64,000 bases of DNA from Bacteroidota bacterium (GCA_963169535.1 CAUJED010000118.1:22834-86833); one strand, 5' to 3'. Positions 1 through 10,247 are shown, numbered from the stretch's first letter. Numbers and translations are program-made. Notes: a model not told the origin generated them from the letters alone.

Positions 1-66
1 ATGTTCAATGGTCGCTATTCCCTCTTCGTCGCGTCGTCGCGTCGTCGCGGTTAACCTGTATTCGCA

Positions 67-1350
67 ATGAGTACACAGCGCATCATCTGCTTCGGCCCGG
101 GCCCCAAGTTCAAGGGCGGCATCGCGCAGTACAACACCGCATTGGCCCGTGCGCTGAAGGACGAAGGCGCACAGGTGACGATCGTGAGCTGGACGCAGCA
201 GTATCCCGCGATCATCCCGCGCGAGTTCGTGGACAAGGCCAGCCGTAGCAGTTTCCTGGAGGGCTACGACATCCCGGTACACTACCACACCAACTGGAAC
301 GATCCGCGCACCTGGTGGAAGACCGCGAAAGCCATCGCCGCACTGAAGCCCGACAAGGTGATCATCCAGTGGTACAACCCCACCCAGGGCATCCCGCTGA
401 ACGCCATCGCCAAGCACCTGCGCAAGCACACGAAGGCCGAGATCCTCTTCGACCTGCACTTCGTCGCCGCCAAGGAGCAGAGCTCGCTGGACGCCCGGCT
501 CACGCGGATGGCCCTACGCCACGGGCATGGCTTCATCGTACATGCCTACAAGACGGCGGAGGAATTGAAGGCACTTTTCGCAGGGGAGGAATTCCACCTC
601 ACGTTGGACGGGTCACGAGCACGAACGGAGCCGGGGCCTTTCCGGCGATCCATCCTCAAACTCTACCATCCGATCTATTCCCTCTTCAAGCCGGACCCCT
701 CGTTCGACAAAGAAGCATGGAAGGCACAGCACGGCCTGCGGAAGCATGTGTTCCTATTCTTCGGCTTCATCCGCAAGTACAAGGGACTGCACTATTGCAT
801 CGAGGCCTTTGCGGAACTCGCCAAGCAGCGCCACGACGTGAGCCTGATGATCGTGGGCGAGCGTTTCTGGCAGACGGTGGACCAGAGCAAATTGAGCACC
901 AAGCTGAAGAACGCGGTCTTCGGTACGGTGAAGAAGCTCTTCTTGAAGAAAGCCGATGACGAGCGGAACTACGATCCCCTGGCCTTGGTGGACACCCTCG
1001 GCCTCCGCGATCGCACCTTGGTGGTGGACCGGTTCATCCCGAACGAGGAGGTACCACCTTACTTCCAGGCTGCGGACACGATCGTGCTCTTCTATGAGAC
1101 GGCCACGCCCAGCGGGGTGGAAAGCCTGAGCTACAACTTCAAGTTACCCGCAGTGGCCACGCGCGTGGGGCATTTCCCCGAGACCATCACCGATGGCTTC
1201 AACGGCTACATGGCCACACCCAAGGACATCGCCGACATGGTGCGGGTGATGAACGCGAGCATCGAACAGCCCATCCCGCGTGAGAACGTGATGGAGGCCA
1301 CGAAGACCATGAGCTGGGCGAATTATGCGAAAGCCGTACTGAACGGCTAA
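67..1350 (+). CDS. Glycosyltransferase, group 1 (GT4-like)
   Basis: 427-aa ORF. The N-terminal Rossmann-like start (ICFGPGPKFKGGIAQY) and C-terminal layout resemble GT-B group-1 transferases. Assignment by resemblance only. Confidence 0.6.
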   Translation: MSTQRIICFGPGPKFKGGIAQYNTALARALKDEGAQVTIVSWTQQYPAIIPREFVDKASRSSFLEGYDIPVHYHTNWNDPRTWWKTAKAIAALKPDKVIIQWYNPTQGIPLNAIAKHLRKHTKAEILFDLHFVAAKEQSSLDARLTRMALRHGHGFIVHAYKTAEELKALFAGEEFHLTLDGSRARTEPGPFRRSILKLYHPIYSLFKPDPSFDKEAWKAQHGLRKHVFLFFGFIRKYKGLHYCIEAFAELAKQRHDVSLMIVGERFWQTVDQSKLSTKLKNAVFGTVKKLFLKKADDERNYDPLALVDTLGLRDRTLVVDRFIPNEEVPPYFQAADTIVLFYETATPSGVESLSYNFKLPAVATRVGHFPETITDGFNGYMATPKDIADMVRVMNASIEQPIPRENVMEATKTMSWANYAKAVLNG

Positions 1351-1354
1351 GCCC

Positions 1355-1873
1355 ATGCACATCCTCCTCTTCATCATCGGTCTGTTGGTGTCCCCGTGTC
1401 TCCACGCACAGGACATTCTGTTCGCGTCCACACCTGAGGATGCCATGAGCCACTATGCCGAGCAGGAGCCGCAGCTCTACGGCCATTGCACGGACAGCCT
1501 GCGGATCGACAGCGTGTACACGGAGGATGCCACCACCGGCGAACTGGTGCTCGGGGTGCAGACCTATCCCTTCGCCCGATACGAATTCTACTTGGACGGC
1601 GCGCTCTACCGCCGGATCGATATTCTCCAGAACATCGACACCCAGGAGGTGGGTTGGCGGCGGGACTTCGGTTCGAGAGATACCATCGGAGTCGTGACAA
1701 CACGAATGATGGACATCCCCAACGGCGCCTATCACGAGTTCTTCCCCAACGGCAACATCCGCGTCAAAGGCACGCTGGATGGCTTCAACGCCGATGGCAC
1801 ACCGAGGAAGACCGGCCAATGGACGGAGTGGGATGAGAAAGGGAACGTGGTACGGCGGGAGACCTATCCTTAG
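1355..1873 (+). CDS. MORN-repeat-variant (YwqK-like) secreted protein
   Basis: Signal-peptide-like N-terminus (MHILLFIIGLLVSPCLHAQ) followed by repeated G/Y-rich MORN-like units (YEFYLDG..., HEFFPNGNIRVKG..., WTEWDEKGNV). The start lies 5 nt after the upstream stop. Confidence 0.5.
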   Translation: MHILLFIIGLLVSPCLHAQDILFASTPEDAMSHYAEQEPQLYGHCTDSLRIDSVYTEDATTGELVLGVQTYPFARYEFYLDGALYRRIDILQNIDTQEVGWRRDFGSRDTIGVVTTRMMDIPNGAYHEFFPNGNIRVKGTLDGFNADGTPRKTGQWTEWDEKGNVVRRETYP

Positions 1874-3243
1874 CGCACCACAACGATCCGTTGCACGGTC
1901 CAGCCGCCGCACCGCACCAGATAGATGCCTTCATTCAGCGGAGCCTGAACATCCACGACCATCGCGTTCGTGCGTGAGGTGGCGAGCAAACGGCCGCCCA
2001 CATCCATCACTTCCACGGTTCCGAGGGGCAACGGTGCTGCGATGTGGAGACGGTCTCCAGCCCACGTGATGGTCGGCTGTTCGGGAACCGTTCCATCAAC
2101 GCCGGTACCGACGAAGTTCAACACACCATCGCAGGTGCTGCTGGCATTGGCGCTGTACGCGGTGAGCTGCAGCTGATACACGCCGCTGTTCGCGTAACGC
2201 TTCCACCCCCACCGTCGGGTGATGGTGTGTCCATCGCCACAAGCGTGCGCGTAGGAGGATGCACCGATCGAGAGGCACCACAGGTAGGCGATGTGCGGCA
2301 TGCCGGAACCGACGGCCTCCGCATGGTATTCGCAACGCACGGCCGTTCCCACGTTGTTCTGCCACTGGCCCGATGCGTTGAACCCGTATCGATGCGTACC
2401 ACTGCTGTTGGACCAATGTACCGTGCCATCCACGATGGTGGGCATGGTGTTCGACACGGAGGAACTGAGTTGTTCGGAACGCCAATCGTTGATGTTCCAG
2501 TCGTATGCCGCCGCACCGAGCGTGCCCGCCGCCGACTTCCACGCCACCACACCCTGTCCGATCGCGGGCACGTTCCCCGCATTGGCGCTCAACTGAGCAC
2601 TGCGCCAGGCATCGAGCGATGGGTCGTAGATGGCCGCGCCCACCGTACCTGCGGCGGACACCCATGCCACGATGCCATCGCGGTTCAAGACCACGTTACC
2701 GCTGTTGGCGCTGAGTTGTGCACTGCGCCACAGGCCGGGCCCAGGATCATACACCGCCGCCCCAACCGTACCCGCATCGGAGACCCAGGAGACCACCCCA
2801 TCGCGGTTCTGGATCTGGTTCCCGCTGTTCGCGCTCACCTGATCCTGCCGCCACTGTTGCCGGGCCGGATCGTACTGCGCCACACCCACGGTCCCCGCCT
2901 CGGACACCCACGCCACCACGCCATCGCTGTTGATGCACGTGTTCCCCGAATTCGTTGACAACAACGACTCGCGGAACATGGCCAGGTCGATATCGTACAC
3001 CACGGCCCGCACGGTGCCCGTGGGCGACACGGTGGCCACCACGCCATCATCGTGTGTCCAACTGGCCACGCTGCTGAAGTTCGTTGTGCGGATCTGGTCC
3101 GTGAGCGGATCGAGCACCGTACAGGTGATCGTGCCTCCGTTCTGGGTGACACTGATCGGCGGGCCCCAGCCCCAGTCGTAGGATTGGGCGTGAATGGGAC
3201 CGACCGTAAGCAGCGATCCCAGGATGGACGAACGGAGCAACAT
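1870..3243 (-). CDS. T9SS C-terminal target (Por secretion) domain protein with internal tandem repeats
   Basis: The C-terminus (GIYLVRCGGWTVQRIVVVR) is typical of a type-IX secretion sorting domain. There are 4-5 tandem ~40-aa repeats of the form DGVVAWVSxAGTVGxAxYDP...WRSxQLSANSGN. The start was chosen at MLLRSSILGSLLTVGPIHAQ (a signal peptide); the tracked ORF extends to 3345. Confidence 0.6.
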   Translation of the reverse strand: MLLRSSILGSLLTVGPIHAQSYDWGWGPPISVTQNGGTITCTVLDPLTDQIRTTNFSSVASWTHDDGVVATVSPTGTVRAVVYDIDLAMFRESLLSTNSGNTCINSDGVVAWVSEAGTVGVAQYDPARQQWRQDQVSANSGNQIQNRDGVVSWVSDAGTVGAAVYDPGPGLWRSAQLSANSGNVVLNRDGIVAWVSAAGTVGAAIYDPSLDAWRSAQLSANAGNVPAIGQGVVAWKSAAGTLGAAAYDWNINDWRSEQLSSSVSNTMPTIVDGTVHWSNSSGTHRYGFNASGQWQNNVGTAVRCEYHAEAVGSGMPHIAYLWCLSIGASSYAHACGDGHTITRRWGWKRYANSGVYQLQLTAYSANASSTCDGVLNFVGTGVDGTVPEQPTITWAGDRLHIAAPLPLGTVEVMDVGGRLLATSRTNAMVVDVQAPLNEGIYLVRCGGWTVQRIVVVR

Positions 3244-3462
3244 GGTGGTGGTAGTTCCATCGAAGCTACGGCTTCCCGGAAATCGACGAAGCACAAATCG
3301 GGTTCGTCGACACATCACCCGTATCCGTCTGGAAACTTGCAGCAATTAACACCCGTAAGAGACCGTCGTGTACCGCATGCGTATAGTTTCACCGCCCCTT
3401 GGCCGTACCGCGAACTGGAACCTCGCACGATGGTACGGCAGGGGAAGAACCTGTAGGATCGA

Positions 3463-4113
3463 ATGATACAGATGCCCATGCTCGTGGCATTGCTCTTTAC
3501 CTGGCTCTGGCCAGGAAACGCGAGCGAAGCCACCGCCCCGACCGTGGAGGCAGCCCCTGCGCCGACCGCGGCCCATGGTGCCAATGCGCTGTTCGAGGCC
3601 TTGTGCCTCGATGGCGAATTGAAGGAGGACGTCTTCGCGGCGTGTTACGAGCGTATGGAACGCAAAGGCATCAGCAGCCGGGTGGTCGCCATCGCGGACA
3701 TGACGCAACCCAGTACCGCGAAGCGGCTGTATGTGATCGACCTGGAACGACAGGTGCTCGTGCTGCGCACGTACGTGGCGCACGGGCAGGGCAGCGGCGA
3801 ACTGATGGCCACGCATTTCAGCAACCGGGAGGGATCGCACCAGACCAGTTTGGGGCTTTACCGGGTGGGGGCGGAGATCGTGAGCCCGAAACACGGTGCA
3901 GCGCTGCTGCTGCATGGCTTGGAGCGTGGCACGAACTGCCAAGCCTTGAAACGGGAGGTGATCATGCACGGTGCCGATTACGTGAGCGAATCGTTCGTCA
4001 AGGAACACGGGCGCCTGGGCCGTAGCTGGGGGTGCCCGGCCGTGAGCCGTGCGGACATGCCCCGCATGCTCGAGTTGTTGGCCGAAGGCGCCCTGCTGTA
4101 CATCCACGGCTGA
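3463..4113 (+). CDS. L,D-transpeptidase catalytic-domain family protein
   Basis: 216 aa with a signal peptide. It has a YkuD-like core (HGQGSG...SLGLYRVG...HG...) with a conserved Cys-containing C-terminal half (GCPAV). Confidence 0.55.
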   Translation: MIQMPMLVALLFTWLWPGNASEATAPTVEAAPAPTAAHGANALFEALCLDGELKEDVFAACYERMERKGISSRVVAIADMTQPSTAKRLYVIDLERQVLVLRTYVAHGQGSGELMATHFSNREGSHQTSLGLYRVGAEIVSPKHGAALLLHGLERGTNCQALKREVIMHGADYVSESFVKEHGRLGRSWGCPAVSRADMPRMLELLAEGALLYIHG

Positions 4114-4157
4114 GCCCGAACTTTGGCGGTCGTTCCCGCGTATGCCGGGGCCTCACC

Positions 4158-5813
4158 ATGCGCCCGCTCTTCATTCTCCTGCTTCTGTTGCTCGCCCTGG
4201 GCTGCACCGCACCCGGATCGCCGAAAAGCCTGGCCGAACAAGGACTGGAGATCGCACAGGTCTTCGAGAGCGCGGAGCCGTACACCGCACGGACCATCGA
4301 CAGCACGGCCATCCTACGGTACTTGGAAGCGCACCCAGGATCCCGCGGCGACAGTGCGGCCATCTTCGCCTTCTACCAGCGACGCGGCTACCACTACGCC
4401 TGGTTCGTGGACGACAGCCTCTCCCATGCCGCACTCGGATTCGCTTCCCTGGTGCACCGTACCGACAAGGATTATCCAGCGGTGAAGGAACTGAGTGAAC
4501 GATTACTGCGCCTGATCGAGCAACCGACCTTGGCGGAACCGGGATGCGACAGTTGCGGACAGGACCTGGAACTGGCCCTCACGGCGGAATTCTTCCATTT
4601 CGCCAACAAGAAATACGGCGGTGCCGTGGGGCGCGACCTGCGCGAGCTGGATTGGTTCATACCCCGCACCAAGAAGAACTACGACCGGCTGATCGACTCC
4701 TTGGCCGCGGGCCACATGGACCTGAGCCTGATCGAGCCCCTGCACCCGCAGTACGCCCTGCTGAAGGAGCGCCTCCGCAAATACGTGGCCATGGACACCC
4801 TGGTGCGTTGGGAGGTGCTATCCTTGGGCGAACGCAAGAAACTCGAACCCGGCGACAGTGCCAGCGTGATCCCCGACATCCGGCAGCGCTTGATGATCCT
4901 GGGCGACCTGGTGAGCGGCATGGACACCATCGTACTCCATTCCATGCGGTACGACAGCACCCTACTGGAGGCGGTGATGCGGTTCCAGGAGCGCCACAAC
5001 CTGCTGGCCGACGGGGTGATCGGCAACAGCGTGATCCGTGCCTTGAACGTGACCCCCGCCCAGCGTGTGCGTACCATGTTGGTGAACATGGAGCGCCTGC
5101 GGTGGGTGCCCGAGTCCTACGCCCCGGACCTCATCCTGGTGAACATCCCGGAGTACAGGATGCATGTGTACGAAGGAGGGAAAGAAGCCTGGAGCATGAA
5201 CGTGGTGGTGGGCAACACGGCCACCCGCACGGTGATCTTCAGCGACACGCTCAGCACCATCGTCTTCAGCCCCACCTGGAACGTGCCCACCAGCATCGTA
5301 AGGGGCGAGATCCTGCCCGCCTTGAAGAAGGACCCCAACTACCTCGCGAAAAAAGGCATGGAGCGGATCGGGGGTACGGACGCCAACCCCGTGATCCGGC
5401 AGAAACCCGGTGCGGGGAACGCCTTGGGCAAGGTGAAATTCCTGTTCCCGAACAGCTACAGCATCTATTTCCACGACACCCCGAGCAAGGGGGCCTTCGC
5501 ACGGGAAAGCCGCGCTTTCAGCCATGGGTGCATCCGGTTGAGCGAACCCAAACGCCTGGCCGAATACCTGCTTCGGAACGACACCACGTGGACCACGGCG
5601 AAGATCGACGCCGCGATGAACAAGAAAAGCGAGACATGGGTGAAGTTGAAGGAGAAACGCCCGGTGACGATCGGGTATTTCACCGCCTGGGTGGGGACCG
5701 ATGGTCGCACGTACTTCTGCGACGATGTGTACGGGCACGATGCCAAGCTGGCGAACGAGCTCTTCTTCGACCCCACCCCCGCACCCGACCCGCTTCCCGT
5801 TATGGCGCTGTAG
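4158..5813 (+). CDS. L,D-transpeptidase family lipoprotein (YcbB-like, with PG-binding region)
   Basis: Lipoprotein signal (MRPLFILLLLLLALGC). The YkuD catalytic motif is present (FHDTPSKGAFARESRAFSHGCIRLSEP), and the domain order matches YcbB/LdtD-type enzymes. The tracked ORF starts at 4032; the internal Met at 4158 is preferred. Confidence 0.7.
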   Translation: MRPLFILLLLLLALGCTAPGSPKSLAEQGLEIAQVFESAEPYTARTIDSTAILRYLEAHPGSRGDSAAIFAFYQRRGYHYAWFVDDSLSHAALGFASLVHRTDKDYPAVKELSERLLRLIEQPTLAEPGCDSCGQDLELALTAEFFHFANKKYGGAVGRDLRELDWFIPRTKKNYDRLIDSLAAGHMDLSLIEPLHPQYALLKERLRKYVAMDTLVRWEVLSLGERKKLEPGDSASVIPDIRQRLMILGDLVSGMDTIVLHSMRYDSTLLEAVMRFQERHNLLADGVIGNSVIRALNVTPAQRVRTMLVNMERLRWVPESYAPDLILVNIPEYRMHVYEGGKEAWSMNVVVGNTATRTVIFSDTLSTIVFSPTWNVPTSIVRGEILPALKKDPNYLAKKGMERIGGTDANPVIRQKPGAGNALGKVKFLFPNSYSIYFHDTPSKGAFARESRAFSHGCIRLSEPKRLAEYLLRNDTTWTTAKIDAAMNKKSETWVKLKEKRPVTIGYFTAWVGTDGRTYFCDDVYGHDAKLANELFFDPTPAPDPLPVMAL

Positions 5814-7221
5814 CAGGAGGAGGCGCGGCGCTGACGAGCACACCGCTCGCACCGAGGTAGGCCGCGAAACTGCGGTTGGTCCAGTGCGTAGCGTCGGTAT
5901 CCAAGGGCAGCACCTTCAAACACCGGGGCAACTCCACCGTGGGCAGGATGACCACCTCCTTGCCGCGCACGGCGGCCTCGGCCACGGCGCGATAGCACTG
6001 CCGCATGTCCGCATCGTAACGTTTCATACGACCGCTCAGGAGGTCGGCCGTCACACGCCCATCACGTCCGGCCCATAGCGCACCGGTACACAGCAACACG
6101 AAGGCCCACCGCATTGCCGAAGCGTCCGCATGGGCCACCCACCGGCCGCGTGGTCGGAAATGGACCTGGTCCCAAACGGCCACGGCCCAGAACCACGAAG
6201 GGATGAAGAAGAACAAGGCCATGCCGATGGTGCGGTACTGACCTAATATGCCCGTTGGCCAATAGGTGACCACCATGCAGATGAACACCACGGCGAACGG
6301 CAGGGCGAGGGCCACCCATTTGTTCGATATCTTCACGAAGGGATCCACCAGCCCCAGCCTGATGCCCTTGCGTAACAGGGCGACGAACACCACGGTGGGC
6401 AGCACGAGCACCAGGACCCATTGCAGGGTGAAACGGCCGGTCTGTGCCACGCTGTATCCGATGGTGCGCACCAGGTCGTGCCGCAGGGGGAACAGCGCCC
6501 CCCGGGTGGCGTTGCCCGGGGCCACCACCACCACCAGCGTGCAGACCAGCGCAAGGAGCAGGAGCCACACCGCGGCCCTGCGCAGCGCCGGAGAGCCACC
6601 CCGCATCCAGTGCCACAAGCCCAGGTGCGCGAGCACCAGCATGGCGGCATGCACCTCGTTGCTCCCCACCACCATGGCCACGAGCAGGGCCTGTTGCGCA
6701 TACCACCAGCCATGCACCACTCCTGGTCGGCGCAGGGCATCGATCCAGCGTATGGCGATGAACACACACAGCACATTGGCCAATTGGTAGGTGACCGCTC
6801 CGGTGTACCAATAGAAGCCCTCGCTGGCATCGGGGATCAGGTGCAGGTAGAGCAGCAGCCAGGCGAGCGCCCCGGTCACGGACCAGTGCAAAGGCAGGCG
6901 CGGCGCGAGCACACGCAGGCATCGTTGGAAGGCCAGGGCGGTGAGCAGGATCAGCACCACGGCAGCCAGGCGATATAGCGGGAGCCCGCAATCCAAGCCG
7001 AGCACCAACGGACCACGCAACACCAGCACATTGGAGAAGTAGCGTCCGTTCCATGAGGTATACTCCTGCACCAAGCGTTCGCCCAAGGGAGTGGTCATGC
7101 CCACCACGGCGTAGCTCAGGTCATCCGCATAGGGGTGAATGAAGAAGGCGAGCGCCAGGTGGCGTGCCAGGGCGATCCAGAGGATGGCCTGGGCCATGCG
7201 GTACGGGAGGCTGGCCTTCAT
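5800..7221 (-). CDS. Polytopic inner-membrane protein, putative GT-C-type lipid-linked sugar transferase (partner of upstream GT2)
   Basis: About 473 aa with at least 10 hydrophobic helices and a C-terminal soluble tail. It lies immediately downstream of a Dpm1/ArnC-like GT2 on the same strand (26-bp gap). Confidence 0.45.
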   Translation of the reverse strand: MKASLPYRMAQAILWIALARHLALAFFIHPYADDLSYAVVGMTTPLGERLVQEYTSWNGRYFSNVLVLRGPLVLGLDCGLPLYRLAAVVLILLTALAFQRCLRVLAPRLPLHWSVTGALAWLLLYLHLIPDASEGFYWYTGAVTYQLANVLCVFIAIRWIDALRRPGVVHGWWYAQQALLVAMVVGSNEVHAAMLVLAHLGLWHWMRGGSPALRRAAVWLLLLALVCTLVVVVAPGNATRGALFPLRHDLVRTIGYSVAQTGRFTLQWVLVLVLPTVVFVALLRKGIRLGLVDPFVKISNKWVALALPFAVVFICMVVTYWPTGILGQYRTIGMALFFFIPSWFWAVAVWDQVHFRPRGRWVAHADASAMRWAFVLLCTGALWAGRDGRVTADLLSGRMKRYDADMRQCYRAVAEAAVRGKEVVILPTVELPRCLKVLPLDTDATHWTNRSFAAYLGASGVLVSAAPPPATAP

Positions 7222-7246
7222 CGGCCCAAAGATGAGCGGAGCACGC

Positions 7247-8203
7247 TCAAAGACCGATGCGCTCGCTGACGCGGTATCGGTTGCGGTCCTCGCCATTGCG
7301 GCTCACGAGGTCGGCCACGAAGCCGGCGGTGAAAAGCTGCACGCCGATCACCATGGCGGTGAGCGCCACGAAGAACAAGCCTGAGCTGGTGACCCGTGGT
7401 GCCGCCACATCCAGCACGAAGCTGTACCAGAGCTTCTCGCCGACCACCCACCCCGCGCACAGGAAGCCCACCACGAACATGATGGTGCCCAGACCGCCGA
7501 AGAAATGCATGGGTTTCTTTCCGAAACGGAAGATGAAGGTGATGGTGAGCAGATCGAGGAAGCCGTTGATGAAGCGGCTCAGGCCGAACTTGGTGTGGCC
7601 GAACCGGCGCGGATGGTGCTTCACCACCTTCTCGCCGATCTTGCGGAACCCCTCCTTCTTGGCGATGAAGGGGATGTAGCGATGCATCTCCCCGAACACC
7701 TCGATGTTCTTCACCACCGCTTTGCGGTAGGCCTTGAGCCCACAGTTGAAATCGTGCAGGTACACACCGCTCACCCGGCGGGTGGTCCAGTTGAAGAGCT
7801 TGGTGGGAATGGTCTTGGTAAGCGGATCGTACCGCTTCTTCTTCCAGCCGCTCACCAGGTCGAAGCCCTCCTCCCGGATCATGCGGTACAGCTCCGGGAT
7901 CTCGTCGGGATCATCCTGCAGATCGGCATCCATGGTGATCACCACCTCGCCCTGCGCGGCGATGAACCCCTCGTTGAGCGCGGGGCTCTTGCCGTAGTTG
8001 CGACCGAAGCGGATGCCCTTCACCCGAGCATCCTCGTGGGCCAGGCGCTGGATCTCCTCCCAGGAGCCGTCGGAACTTCCATCGTCGATCAGGATCACCT
8101 CATAGGCCTTACCCATACCGGAGAGCACCCGGTGCAGCCACGCCACCAAGGGGGGCAGCGATTCGCGCTCGTTCAACAGGGGAACGACGATGGAGATGTC
8201 CAT
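7247..8203 (-). CDS. Glycosyltransferase family 2, polyprenyl-phosphate sugar synthase (ArnC/GtrB/Dpm1-like)
   Basis: GT2 motifs are present (ISIVVPLLNE, EVILIDDGSSDGS, DADLQDDP), followed by two C-terminal TM helices as in ArnC/GtrB. The start is at MDISIVVPLL (ATG at 8201-8203). Confidence 0.75.
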   Translation of the reverse strand: MDISIVVPLLNERESLPPLVAWLHRVLSGMGKAYEVILIDDGSSDGSWEEIQRLAHEDARVKGIRFGRNYGKSPALNEGFIAAQGEVVITMDADLQDDPDEIPELYRMIREEGFDLVSGWKKKRYDPLTKTIPTKLFNWTTRRVSGVYLHDFNCGLKAYRKAVVKNIEVFGEMHRYIPFIAKKEGFRKIGEKVVKHHPRRFGHTKFGLSRFINGFLDLLTITFIFRFGKKPMHFFGGLGTIMFVVGFLCAGWVVGEKLWYSFVLDVAAPRVTSSGLFFVALTAMVIGVQLFTAGFVADLVSRNGEDRNRYRVSERIGL

Positions 8204-8553
8204 GGTGGTGCAAGGATAGTGCATGCGGGAACGCGGCCATGCGGCAGGGCAGGTCGGCCACCTCCTTGGTGGCGGTGGGCACCGGTGCCAAGGGCGCGAC
8301 CCCGAGCCAAGCCCCCCGCAGCGCTGAGCGGATACGTTGCAACGCGCGGTAGGCGACACGTGAAAGTACGGTCGACCCGTTCGGCACAAGCTCCTTCGAC
8401 CTATCTTTGTGCCTGGGGCAAGTCCTGTACGACCAGCTCCCGCCGAATCCCCCAGGGCCGGAAGGCAGCAAGGGTAGGCGGTTGAAGCGGTGCGATATGG
8501 GTCGCTTGCCCCTCTTTTTTTGCCTATACCGAAGGGTATCTACCTTTCCGGCC

Positions 8554-9363
8554 ATGGGCACTTCCACGAAAGTCATCCTGATCACGGGCGCATCCGGCGG
8601 CCTGGGTAAAGCCATCGGACTACGGCTGGCCAAGGCGGGCCACACGGTGTTCGGCACCAGCCGACAGCCGCAGGTAGGTCACGGCCATGGCGGGTTCCCC
8701 CTGTTGCCCATGGACGTTACCGACGATGGATCCGTGCATGCGGCGGTAGCAGAGGTGGTGAGAAGAGCCGGTCGGCTGGACGTGGTGATCAACAACGCCG
8801 GGCTGGGCATACAAGGCCCTGCGGAAGACATCACCCCGGAGTTGGCCAACCGGTTGATGGACACGAACGTGACCGGGGCGCATCGTGTTTGCCGAGCGGC
8901 GCTTCCACCGATGCGTACCCAGGGCGATGGACTCATCATCAACATCACCAGCGTGGCGGGCAACTTCGGACTTCCGTACCGCAGCTTCTACAGCGCCAGC
9001 AAAGCCGCCTTGGAGCGGTACACCGAAGCCTTGAGCACGGAGGTGGCCCGGTTCGGCATCAAGGTGCTCACGGTGCAACCGGGCGAGTTCAACACCAACA
9101 TCGCCAGTGCACGGCTGCGCCCCGAAGTGATCAGCGAGGCCCATCGACCGGGCTACGAGCGAGCCATGGCCATCCTGGGGGGAAGCATGCACTACAGCCG
9201 CGACCCCGATGAACTGGCGGTGGTGGTGGAGCGCATCATCGGTGCGAAACATCCGAAGACCACGTACATCGTAGCACAGGGGCTCCAACGGCTGAGCATC
9301 GTCCTGAAGAAGATACTTCCCGGCCGGATGTTCGAGCGCATGGTGCGTAAACACTACGAGTGA
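8554..9363 (+). CDS. SDR family oxidoreductase
   Basis: TGASGGLGKAIG Rossmann motif, NNAG, and the catalytic YSASK motif. Confidence 0.8.
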   Translation: MGTSTKVILITGASGGLGKAIGLRLAKAGHTVFGTSRQPQVGHGHGGFPLLPMDVTDDGSVHAAVAEVVRRAGRLDVVINNAGLGIQGPAEDITPELANRLMDTNVTGAHRVCRAALPPMRTQGDGLIINITSVAGNFGLPYRSFYSASKAALERYTEALSTEVARFGIKVLTVQPGEFNTNIASARLRPEVISEAHRPGYERAMAILGGSMHYSRDPDELAVVVERIIGAKHPKTTYIVAQGLQRLSIVLKKILPGRMFERMVRKHYE

Positions 9364-10247
9364 TCCCGATGGAAGCCTACGACCCGCACAACTGGCTCAA
9401 GGCCCTCCTGATACACCGGTCGGACACCTTCCGGAAGCTCTGGCCCTACCTGCTGCTCATCGGACTGTTCACCGCCGGGATACGCTACCTGGAAGTGGAG
9501 TACCTGCACCTGAGCGAGACGAGCGACCTGAGCAACCTGCCGGTGATGCACAGCCTGCTGGGTTTCGCGATCAGCATGCTCTTGGTGTTCCGCACCAACA
9601 CCGCATACGACCGGTGGTGGGAGGGCCGAAGGTTGTGGGGCCAACTGGTGAACGTGAGCCGGAACCTGGCGATCAAGGTGGGAGCGATCTTTCCGCCGGA
9701 GCAACAGGCCACCAGGCAGTTCTATGCCCGTTGTATCGGACTTTTCCCGAGTGAATTACAGCGGCACCTCCGTTCGGAACGCACCCGCTTGGCCCTGGAT
9801 GCGGCCCCCCACCCCGAGTTGGTCGGCCTGGACCGGAACAAACACGTGCCCGGGCAAGTGGTCTCTTTGATGCAACAACGGATCCAACGGCTCTATCACG
9901 AGAAGGCGATCACCGGCGACCAGTTGATCACATTGAACACGGAGCTGGTGCAATTCATGGACATCTGCGGAGCCTGCGAACGGATCAAGAACACCCCCAT
10001 CCCCTACTCGTACAGCAGCTTCCTCAAGAAGTTCATCGTGATCTACGCGTTCACCCTGCCATTCGGATTCGCGTTCTCATTGGGCTACCTGGCCATCCCC
10101 GTGGTCATCTTCATCTTCTATGTTCTGGCCAGCTTGGAGCTGATCGCCGAGGAGATCGAGGACCCCTTCGGTACGGACAGCAACGACCTGCCCATGGAAC
10201 GCTTGGCGGCCATGATCCAGCAGAGCGTGGACGACCTGCTGAATTGA
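9360..10247 (+). CDS. Bestrophin-family (UPF0187/YneE-like) anion channel
   Basis: 295 aa with a TM-helix pattern and conserved bestrophin-like segments (RWWEGRRLWGQLVN..., YSYSSFLKKF). 4-bp overlap with the upstream SDR gene. Confidence 0.6.
   Translation: MIPMEAYDPHNWLKALLIHRSDTFRKLWPYLLLIGLFTAGIRYLEVEYLHLSETSDLSNLPVMHSLLGFAISMLLVFRTNTAYDRWWEGRRLWGQLVNVSRNLAIKVGAIFPPEQQATRQFYARCIGLFPSELQRHLRSERTRLALDAAPHPELVGLDRNKHVPGQVVSLMQQRIQRLYHEKAITGDQLITLNTELVQFMDICGACERIKNTPIPYSYSSFLKKFIVIYAFTLPFGFAFSLGYLAIPVVIFIFYVLASLELIAEEIEDPFGTDSNDLPMERLAAMIQQSVDDLLN

Noticed and set aside
1-66. GTCGCGTCGTCGCGTCGTCGCGG triplet-like repeat at the window start
   Set aside because: Only ~23 nt, too short to judge. 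It is probably a chance low-complexity stretch in the leader of the GT4 gene.
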